Source: Candidatus Latescibacterota bacterium (GTDB lineage: Bacteria; Latescibacterota; CBDEFO01). From it: a DNA stretch of 64,000 bases. This document shows positions 49,071 to 56,797 of the stretch, in pieces (the first letter of the stretch is position 1; each line of letters begins with the position of its first letter). The notes beneath the pieces are model-generated. The model was given only the letters and a program-made list of their open reading frames with translations, did not search any database and was not told the DNA's origin. Where the stretch lies: contig OZ252149.1 of assembly GCA_965248755.1 (NCBI GenBank), positions 2,816,001 through 2,880,000 of the forward strand, written 5' to 3'. Position numbers and translations under genes: made by a program.

Positions 49071-50354
49071 ATGTTCAAAGATGTTTCAGTCAAATGTGCG
49101 TTGGTTTTCGGAGTCCTTCTCCTGGTTCTGGTGGCCGCCGGTAGCTCTGATGCGAGCAATGCAAGGCTTAGGGCATTGGGTAATGAGCCGATCCTTGTGA
49201 AGGACAGTAGCAATATCTTCGACTTTGTATCCACCGTCAACGATTATACGAACAATGTCTACGTCGAGAACGCCTCGGATAACGCAGGTGTTGGAGACGG
49301 ACAGAACTGGGGCACAGTCGTCTGGGGTATTAGTGAGAACAACATCCTGGGTATCTCTCTGGACAGGCCCTCAGGTCTTACTTTTCCCGCTCGTGGCGAG
49401 CCGGTTCCCATCTGGGTAGTACATTTTTTCAATCTCCTGGGGAGTATCCCTCTGGACGATATCCCTGCGGACGGTATGCCTGCGGACGGTACGCCTCCGG
49501 ACGGTATCCCTCTGGAGGACTTGCTCCAAGCTTTTGGCGAGCTGGCTCCCAGCTCGGCTCCCAGCTCGGCTCCCAGCTCGATAGTAGATCTTATCTATGG
49601 AAGAAAGTTCGATGATACCGACTTCGGCGTGGGACTTGCAATCCTGTTCGATACTGATGACAACGGTGTGGATGTTGAGAACAGCCAGCTCGGCATCGAT
49701 CTTAACGTTGGCGTCGGTTTGGACGTAGGAGAAGCATCAGAGCTCGACATCAACCTCGGCATAGGTTTTACAAGTGTTGAGGAAACTTTACCTGCTAGTC
49801 AGGATTACGACAGCGGAATTAACTTTGGCATGGATATCAGGCTATTCCGTCCGAAAAATGAGAAAACAACCGGTATCCTCGGTGTACGTTTTGGCTTTGA
49901 TACAGCTGCCAAGCAGGCGAACGCGGACGATTTGAATTTGATCACGTTCAAGGCCCTGATCGGCTGTGATCACCAATTGTCTGAAGATGCCAATTTGATC
50001 TTGGGCTTAGCGTTGGAGTTAGAAAATAGAGATAGGCCTGACATGGGCAAAAATGTATCGGAGACCAACATAAGTATCCCTGTTATAACTGCCGCAGTAG
50101 AGATGGGGCTGACAGATTGGTTGGATGTCCGTGCTGGAGCTCACAGAGCCTCAACGTTTGAATTCACAAGCAACGGAGTAGATACCAGTGGTTTCGACAC
50201 GGATTATAACCTCGATTTCGGCGTGGGTCTCAGCCTTGGGGGCTTAACATTGGACGGTGTTATCACCAAGAAATTCCTCGAGACAGGACCGGATATTATC
50301 AGCAATAACCCCGAAGACGTCTTCAGTCAGGTAGCTGTGACCTACAGCTTCTAA
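49071..50354 (+). CDS. Outer-membrane beta-barrel (porin-like) protein
   Basis: GGAGGA RBS, signal peptide, ARLRALG N-terminus, alternating amphipathic strands, C-terminal VAVTYSF (BAM signal). Confidence 0.8.
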   Translation: MFKDVSVKCALVFGVLLLVLVAAGSSDASNARLRALGNEPILVKDSSNIFDFVSTVNDYTNNVYVENASDNAGVGDGQNWGTVVWGISENNILGISLDRPSGLTFPARGEPVPIWVVHFFNLLGSIPLDDIPADGMPADGTPPDGIPLEDLLQAFGELAPSSAPSSAPSSIVDLIYGRKFDDTDFGVGLAILFDTDDNGVDVENSQLGIDLNVGVGLDVGEASELDINLGIGFTSVEETLPASQDYDSGINFGMDIRLFRPKNEKTTGILGVRFGFDTAAKQANADDLNLITFKALIGCDHQLSEDANLILGLALELENRDRPDMGKNVSETNISIPVITAAVEMGLTDWLDVRAGAHRASTFEFTSNGVDTSGFDTDYNLDFGVGLSLGGLTLDGVITKKFLETGPDIISNNPEDVFSQVAVTYSF

Positions 50355-50448
50355 CAGGCACTACAGGTGACAAAAGCAATTCAGCTATTCACAGAAGTTC
50401 ACCTTTCTGGCCTGAAGTAGATCGTCTCAGTATAGTTAAGCATTCCAT

Positions 50449-50489
50449 AAGACACGCTATCACTTTTGATCGTGATAGCGTGTCTTTTT
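50449..50489 (+). terminator. Intrinsic terminator
   Basis: AAGACACGCTATCAC-loop-GTGATAGCGTGTCTT followed by TTT. Confidence 0.9.
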
Positions 50490-50889
50490 GCTATCACGTG
50501 AGATGAAGGTGAGAATTGTGTTTTAGGATAGGGTCTTTCGGATAATCACTTAAAGTTTGCCGAGCAGCTTGGGGAAGATCTCTTAACAATACCACGCGTT
50601 TTCTATACAAACGGTACAGAGAATCGCTGTAGATACCGTAAAGGACGGTAGAGCACATACCGACCTGTATGGTTGACACCAAATTAAGAGTTAAGGTGGT
50701 CTTTGGAGTCGGCTATATAAAGACGCTGCTGGCAGCGCTGTCCTCCTGATTCAACGTATTGTTCCATTCTCAAGCGGGTCAAAATTTTTGTTGACTTTGA
50801 AGGGAAGCGTTATTAAGTTTTACATTAAAGTTGCTTATGGTTTTCTATACACAGAACAGCTTAAGTAATAGAAAGAGGTAATTTAGCAT

Positions 50890-50966
50890 GGCGAACGTAG
50901 CTCAAAGGATAGAGTGCCTGACTGTGGCTCAGGATGTTGCGGGTTCGAGTCCCGTCGTTCGCCCCA
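50890..50966 (+). tRNA. tRNA-His (GUG)
   Basis: G-1, acceptor stem GCGAACG/CGTTCGC, C73, encoded CCA, anticodon arm CCTGA-CTGTGGC-TCAGG, T loop TTCGAGT. Confidence 0.97.
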
Positions 50967-50982
50967 TATATATCTTAGTGAC

Positions 50983-51169
50983 AGGCTCTTTTGGCGTCTG
51001 CGAGATACAGGTGTGGTTTGTCCCTGGTGAATTTGACTGTGCCCACATTCGTCGTACTTTCTGCCGTCACCATTCCTGAATTGAAGGCGGGTCGGCAGTT
51101 CATACAGGGCTAACGGCAAGATACCGAAAGTGACTACCGCCTCGCAAATTTCAAAAGGGCTTCTTTTTT
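50983..51169 (+). ncRNA. Candidate structured RNA/attenuator between tRNA-His and the hisS-like gene
   Basis: Nested long-range pairings AGGCTCTTTTG/CAAAAGGGCTT, TGCGAG/CTCGCA, CCCTG/CAGGG and GTGAATT/AGTTCAT, followed by a T6 tract. Confidence 0.45.
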
Positions 51170-51218
51170 ATCTGTGCAGGATTCTATTATCATTAGTTAC
51201 GCTACAAGGAGCGTGGAA

Positions 51219-52733
51219 ATGCCTTCGTTCAGAAGACCAAGGGGTACTGAAGACTTTCTCCCAGATGAGATGATCATAAGAAGTTACGTCGAGGGTATTA
51301 TGAGGGAGACGTTTGAATCTTACGGTTTTCAGCAGGTGCAAACGCCTATCTTTGAGGAATTTGCGTTGCTTGCAGCGCGTTCAGGCGAGGAGATTCGGGA
51401 AGGTATGTTCACCTTCGTAAGCGACGACACTGAATATGCCCTGCGACCAGAACTAACGGCGCCTGTATGCCGCCTTGTGGCTACGGGAGAGTTAGAGCCT
51501 TTCCCAAGACCGTATAAGGTCTACTGTATCGGACAATGTTTCAGATACGAGCGGCCGCAGGCGGGACGATACAGGGAGTTCAGGCATGCCAGTTTGGAGC
51601 TTATAGGATCCTCATCACCGATGGCAGACGCCGAGGTGATCAGCGTCGCTTCCAGTATACTTGACAAGTTGGGAATTTCCGACTACACCTTGAAAGTCGG
51701 CAACATCGGCATCTTTCGTTATGTTCTGGCGAGCAAGGGTTTCGACTATAACTTCCAAAGTAAGATTATAAGTGATATAGATAATGTCATCAGCCTGCGA
51801 GAAAAATGCGAAACTATTAGAGGGCGATCCAACTTTGAACGCGATGACATCGAATACGTCAAAGGAAAAATCAGAGACCTTTACACCTTTCAGGATGAGG
51901 TGGACTACGAGGGAGAACATGAGATCGTACCTCAGCGGGTCCTCGATGAGGCTTCTATAAGAAGATGGCTTGATGAGCTTCCACTCGTCGCTGAGGACAC
52001 ATACCGTAGCATCTGGGTAAAAAAGGACGTTATAGGTGAAGAGCTGGCAGATCTCTTAATCAATATATCGAAAGTCAGAGGAAGCAAAGATGAAACCCTC
52101 CAAGCTGCAAAAGACCTCATCTGGAATACAGATGCAAAGGGTGCTTTCAAAGAGCTTCAGGAGGTGCTCAACTGGCTGGAACACTATGGAGTGAGTAATT
52201 ACCAGGTGGTCCTGGGAGTAGCACGCGGCCTGGACTACTATACGGGAACTGTATTTGAGATTGATTGCCCGTTGCTCGGCGCTCAAAAGCAGATATGTGG
52301 TGGGGGGAGATACGACAAACTGGTAAGCGAATTTGGGGGGCCGGAGATACAGGCGACAGGATTTGCTTTCGGCTTCGACAGAGTCACAGAGGCGTTTAAA
52401 AAGAGTGACGGGATCGTCCCCCCCCCAAAGGTCCATATCTTTGTCGCTGCTGTTTCAGAAGATATGAAGGCAAAGGCGGTCGAAATAGCAGGTATGTTAA
52501 GAGGTCGCGGTAAGAGGGTGGAAGTCGATATGCTGAAACGGGGCCTGCAGGACCAACTCGGTTATGCCTCCGGCATAAACTGCGATTATGCTGTGATCGT
52601 GGGTCCGGACGAGCTTGAGAAGGAGTCCGTGATTCTAAGAAATATGAGGACTCGAGAGCAAGAATTAGTTGCTATCTGTTCGCTTGCCGATTCGGTAAAC
52701 CAGTCCCCGATTGAATCTATCGGGGGTAGCTGA
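51219..52733 (+). CDS. hisS: Histidyl-tRNA synthetase (divergent, archaeal-like, enlarged insertion domain)
   Basis: RPRGTEDF, TPIFE, LRPELTA, FRYERPQAGRYREF, ARGLDYYTG and GGGRYD...GFAFGFDR, plus a C-terminal anticodon-binding domain; AAGGAG RBS before ATG 51219. Confidence 0.85.
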   Translation: MPSFRRPRGTEDFLPDEMIIRSYVEGIMRETFESYGFQQVQTPIFEEFALLAARSGEEIREGMFTFVSDDTEYALRPELTAPVCRLVATGELEPFPRPYKVYCIGQCFRYERPQAGRYREFRHASLELIGSSSPMADAEVISVASSILDKLGISDYTLKVGNIGIFRYVLASKGFDYNFQSKIISDIDNVISLREKCETIRGRSNFERDDIEYVKGKIRDLYTFQDEVDYEGEHEIVPQRVLDEASIRRWLDELPLVAEDTYRSIWVKKDVIGEELADLLINISKVRGSKDETLQAAKDLIWNTDAKGAFKELQEVLNWLEHYGVSNYQVVLGVARGLDYYTGTVFEIDCPLLGAQKQICGGGRYDKLVSEFGGPEIQATGFAFGFDRVTEAFKKSDGIVPPPKVHIFVAAVSEDMKAKAVEIAGMLRGRGKRVEVDMLKRGLQDQLGYASGINCDYAVIVGPDELEKESVILRNMRTREQELVAICSLADSVNQSPIESIGGS

Positions 52734-52735
52734 CC

Positions 52736-54046
52736 ATGGAGGAAAAGCCATTAATCAACCTTGTCTTCGCCGGCCATCTGGATGGCGGAAAATCGACTCT
52801 GGTCGGGAGAATGCTCTACGAACTCGGTCGCTTACCAGAGCAGACGATCTCCAGGTTAAGAAGACACGCTAAGGCGGCTGGAAAAGAGACATTTTTCTAC
52901 GCCTTCAACTCAGACCGAAGTCTCGAGGAACGTGAAAGAGGCATAAGCATAGAAGCACACTTTGATGACTTTGAGACGGAGCAGAGAAGGTTCAATATCA
53001 TCGACGCTCCCGGGCACCAAGACTTTGTAAAGAATATGATCATGGGGGCGGCAAAGGCAGATGTCGGGGTCTTGGTACTGGATGCTCAAGAGACCTCTCA
53101 AGAAGAGCTACAGCCTCAGACGAGGGAGCATCTTATTCTGCTCCACTCCCTCGGAGTCGAAAAGCTTATTGTAGTCGCTAATAAAATGGATCTGGTGGAC
53201 TACTCCAGGGAGATCTATGAATCCTTAAAGATCAAAATAGAAGATTTTCTCAAGCAAGTCCTGTGTAAGTTCCAGGATGAGGTTGTATATGTTCCTGCCT
53301 CAGCATACTGTGGAGAAAACGTCATTGAATCATCCGATAGGTTGCTGTGGTATTCTGGCCCTACGTTTCTGGAGGCTCTGGAAGGCATAGAACAGCCTCA
53401 CAGACTTGTGGATGCGCCTCTTCGAATGCCGATTGTCAGGACGTTCAACGTCCAGTTTGGCGCTACGGCCACCGGAAAGATAGAGACGGGAAGAGTTCGA
53501 CCGGGTGATACGGTCGTAATCGTTCCGTATCCTGGAATAGGTTCTATAACGGGACGTGTCAGTTCGATAAAATGTAAGGATGAAGATAAAAAGGAGGCAA
53601 CTGCCGGAGATGATGTCGGTCTCCTCTTGGAACAGTTAGAGCAGGGGTTCGTAATACGGAAGATTAAAAAGGGATTTATGCTTGCCGGCCCTGAGCATCC
53701 TCCGGTCGAGGCAGAAAGGTTCAAGGCCCGGATTGTAGTGTTAGACCATCCGTCCGAAATCAGAGCTGGTTATACGCCGTACCTGCATTGCCATCAAGCG
53801 TCCCTCCCATGCCGAATTACAGAAATTGAAGATGTACGGGACTCAAAGAGTAACGAGCCAAAAGAGTCGAATAGTGGAAGTCTTGTAAATGGCGATACGG
53901 CAACAGTGTGGATCGAACCTCAAAAGCCTCTCGTAATAGAAAAGGCACAGGATTTTCCTCGGTTAGGGAGATTTGCATTACGAGACGGAAGAACTATAGG
54001 AAGCGGCACGTGCCTAGAGATTGTCCCAAAAGAAAATAGACAGTAG
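52736..54046 (+). CDS. Translational GTPase most similar in motifs to archaeal/eukaryotic EF-1alpha (divergent paralogue)
   Basis: INLVFAGHLDGGKSTLVGRMLY, ERERGISI, DAPGHQDFVKNMIMGA, QTREH, NKMD, PASAYCGENV, HPSEIRAGYTP and FPRLGRFALRD; three domains, 436 aa. Confidence 0.88.
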   Translation: MEEKPLINLVFAGHLDGGKSTLVGRMLYELGRLPEQTISRLRRHAKAAGKETFFYAFNSDRSLEERERGISIEAHFDDFETEQRRFNIIDAPGHQDFVKNMIMGAAKADVGVLVLDAQETSQEELQPQTREHLILLHSLGVEKLIVVANKMDLVDYSREIYESLKIKIEDFLKQVLCKFQDEVVYVPASAYCGENVIESSDRLLWYSGPTFLEALEGIEQPHRLVDAPLRMPIVRTFNVQFGATATGKIETGRVRPGDTVVIVPYPGIGSITGRVSSIKCKDEDKKEATAGDDVGLLLEQLEQGFVIRKIKKGFMLAGPEHPPVEAERFKARIVVLDHPSEIRAGYTPYLHCHQASLPCRITEIEDVRDSKSNEPKESNSGSLVNGDTATVWIEPQKPLVIEKAQDFPRLGRFALRDGRTIGSGTCLEIVPKENRQ

Positions 54047-54165
54047 AGAGGGGCACATGCACCCATTACCCATCTCAAGAGGTCGGTGGAACAGACATTC
54101 TTTTCTGTTCTTTAGAAGTAGACAGTAAGTTAGGCGGTGTTCCTACCTGCTACGTAAACTAAACA

Positions 54166-54924
54166 ATGGATACCAAGAAATCTACAAAGAAGCTGAAGAT
54201 AGCCCTTCCCAAGGGAACCCTGCAATCAGATACGTTAGCTCTGTTTACGAAGGCGGGCTACACGATAGGAGGCTACAACACAGAGAACCGGAACTACAGG
54301 CCCACGATCCACGACCAAGAGATAGAACTCAAGGTCTTGCGACCGCAGGAGATCCCACTTTTTGTATCCGATACGGCATATGATTTGGGTATTGCCGGCA
54401 TAGACTGGGTGCTGGAAAACGGCATTCAGCAGCGCGATCAGACCCAACAGATAGAGGAGATTCTGGATCTGGAATATGGGCCGGTGCAATTGGTGCTTGC
54501 TGTGCCTGAGGATTGGTCGGATGTGGATTCGTTCGGGGACCTTATGGAATTTCACTGGGGAAACGTAAGGATCGCCACAGAGTATCTCAATCTGGCCTCG
54601 AAATATGTCCTTGAACGCACCGATTCAGAGCCCAGCATCAGATCGCCCTGGAGCCAGAGGTATCGTCAGCATACGTCGAGGGTGGAGCTTCTGCACTCGT
54701 TTGGAGCAAGTGAAGGTAAGCCTCCGGAAGATAGCGAGGCTATAATAGATATTGCAAGTCCAAAGGCGACAACAATAAAGGAAAATGGGTTGAAGATAGT
54801 AGATGTCATATTAACATCTACGGCTCGACTTTTGGCTTCATCCAAAGCCCTTGCTGATCCTTGGAAAGCTGTGAAGATAAACGAAGTCAAAGAGAAGCTG
54901 GCAAAAGCCATCTCGTCCGATTGA
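54166..54924 (+). CDS. hisG: ATP phosphoribosyltransferase, short form lacking the C-terminal regulatory domain
   Basis: LKIALPKG, LRPQEIP, DLGIAGIDW, RIATEY, SFGASE and STARL; 252 aa. Confidence 0.88.
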   Translation: MDTKKSTKKLKIALPKGTLQSDTLALFTKAGYTIGGYNTENRNYRPTIHDQEIELKVLRPQEIPLFVSDTAYDLGIAGIDWVLENGIQQRDQTQQIEEILDLEYGPVQLVLAVPEDWSDVDSFGDLMEFHWGNVRIATEYLNLASKYVLERTDSEPSIRSPWSQRYRQHTSRVELLHSFGASEGKPPEDSEAIIDIASPKATTIKENGLKIVDVILTSTARLLASSKALADPWKAVKINEVKEKLAKAISSD

Positions 54925-55135
54925 TCCGAAGGAGAATTCCGCTTCGAGATTGCTTCGTCAGACAGGAATGTCTGACCCACCTTTTTATATATGTTGGTAG
55001 GACAGACATTTTTGTCTGTCCTGAAGGCCTGGGCAAGCAACGTCATTGCGACCCCCGATTTAATCGGGGGCAGCGAAGCAATCTCAAAGATTGTCCATCC
55101 CCAGGTTTGATTGCTCTGCTTACGAGAGTGAACCT

Positions 55136-56407
55136 ATGCAAGTCTATAGATTAAATGACCTGTCCGAAGCCCAAAGGGATAAAATACTCAAAAGGTCAGA
55201 AGCCGAGTTTGAGAACCTCATTCCCTACGTGCAAGAGATTATGGATGACGTCAGACAAAATGGAGATGAGGCTCTCTTGAGGCTGACCGAACTACATGAC
55301 CGCGTAAGAATATCGGACATTGCCGTCGCGGATGAAGAGTTCGACAGAGCCTACGAGGAAGTGGGGGATCCTGGAGTCTCTGCCCTTAAACACGCGATGC
55401 GAAATCTGGAGGTCTTCCACAGGACCCAACTCGTCGAAGAGGAGATAGTTCAGGTGGACGAAGGCATCCGAATCGGTCGCCTTAATCGACCCGTTGAGAA
55501 AGTCGGCATCTATATTATCAGCGGTTACACCTCCGAGGTGCTGATGAACGGGGTGCCCTCTGGGATTGCGGGCTGTAAAGAGCGTGTCATCTGCACTCCC
55601 CCGCAAGAGGGTGGAAGCGTCCCCGCATCGATTTTAGTTGCGGCGGATCTTGTCGGCGTACGGAGGATATTTAAGGTAGGAGGTGCGCAGGCAATTGCAG
55701 CCATGACCTACGGTACGGAGACGATTCCAAAGGTTTACAAGATCTTTGGAGCGGGGAATAACTACGTGACAGTGGCTAAGATGCTGGCCTTTGGCCACGT
55801 GAACATAGATCTTCCAGCCGGCCCAAGCGAGATTTTCATCATCGCCGACGAGAGCGCCGATGCAAGATTTGTCGCCGCCGATCTGATCTCTCAGGCGGAA
55901 CACCCAAACTCAGCGTGTATACTTATCACAACATCTCAAGCTTTAGCTGCTGACGTCAAAAGGCAAATTGATCAGCAACTTGCCCTCCTCCCCACAAAGG
56001 AGTGTGTGCAGGGAGCAATCGAAAAGAACGGCGCGATCGTAATTGCGGACGATCTTGCCGAGTCCATAGACTTTGCCAACGCATATGCGCCCGAACATCT
56101 GGAGATTATGACCACAGACGATCAGGCGATCCTCGAAAAGATCACGAACGTCGGCTCCGTATTTCTGGGTCCGTACTCGACGGTACCGGCGGGGGATTAT
56201 GCCTCAGGCAGCAATCACGTGCTGCCCACAGGTGGTTTTGCAAAGATGTTCTCCTCTCTTTCGGTTGACTCGTTTATCCGTAAGGTGGAGGTGCAACAAT
56301 TAAGCAAAGAAGGGCTTTCTTCAATCCGAAAAGCTGTGGGATATTTGGCTGATGTTGAGGGATTTGCCGCCCACAAAAGGGCAGTGGAAATCCGTCTTGA
56401 GAATTGA
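55136..56407 (+). CDS. hisD: Histidinol dehydrogenase (divergent)
   Basis: GGAQAIAA, DLPAGPSE, SQAEH, APEHLE, GDYASGSNHVLPT and EGFAAH; probable ATG at 55136. Confidence 0.92.
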   Translation: MQVYRLNDLSEAQRDKILKRSEAEFENLIPYVQEIMDDVRQNGDEALLRLTELHDRVRISDIAVADEEFDRAYEEVGDPGVSALKHAMRNLEVFHRTQLVEEEIVQVDEGIRIGRLNRPVEKVGIYIISGYTSEVLMNGVPSGIAGCKERVICTPPQEGGSVPASILVAADLVGVRRIFKVGGAQAIAAMTYGTETIPKVYKIFGAGNNYVTVAKMLAFGHVNIDLPAGPSEIFIIADESADARFVAADLISQAEHPNSACILITTSQALAADVKRQIDQQLALLPTKECVQGAIEKNGAIVIADDLAESIDFANAYAPEHLEIMTTDDQAILEKITNVGSVFLGPYSTVPAGDYASGSNHVLPTGGFAKMFSSLSVDSFIRKVEVQQLSKEGLSSIRKAVGYLADVEGFAAHKRAVEIRLEN

Positions 56408-56425
56408 CTAAGGGGTAGACGAAAA

Positions 56426-56629
56426 ATGAGGCGTGAAGAGCACAGATGGCTCTTTGACCATCTTGATATAGTTAGACAGTTTACGGGAGAATGGATCGCC
56501 GTATTGGATGATGAGATCATAGCTCACAGCAAGGACTTTCAAAACGTGATGGACGAAGGGAGAAAGATACACCCTAACCCTCTACTTATCTGGGTGCGTG
56601 AGGATATAGGGACCGGTGGGACAGTATAA
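56426..56629 (+). CDS. Small DUF5678-like protein
   Basis: EHRWL...FTGEWIAV....IIAHSKD pattern; AAGGGG RBS. Confidence 0.6.
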   Translation: MRREEHRWLFDHLDIVRQFTGEWIAVLDDEIIAHSKDFQNVMDEGRKIHPNPLLIWVREDIGTGGTV

Positions 56630-56797
56630 TCCCAAATGAGTATCGAGTAGTCCCCGATTCCCGACAGGTTCGATCGGGGGTAGTGGATAGGTCAATGTGG
56701 CAGCAAGCCACGAACCGGTTTTCCCTACGTAGCTGTCTACTATGTTGGATCTCTATGATCGTGTCCAGTTGTCAATTTTGCCCATAATCTCTACTGA

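Noticed and set aside
50883..51119. ORFs 50883..51119(-) and 50888..51079(+) as full proteins
   Set aside because: They overlap the tRNA gene; only the last 22 codons of the plus ORF are kept as a possible leader peptide.
51125..51145. T-box antiterminator upstream of hisS (AAAGTGACTACCGC)
   Set aside because: It lacks the UGGN bulge needed to pair with the tRNA NCCA end, and no recognisable Stem I motifs are present.
52736..54046. SelB, CysN or canonical EF-Tu identity for the GTPase
   Set aside because: It has no C-terminal SECIS-binding extension (436 aa), lacks the CysN-type GSVDDGKS motif and an adjacent cysD, and has EF-1alpha-type inserts absent from EF-Tu.
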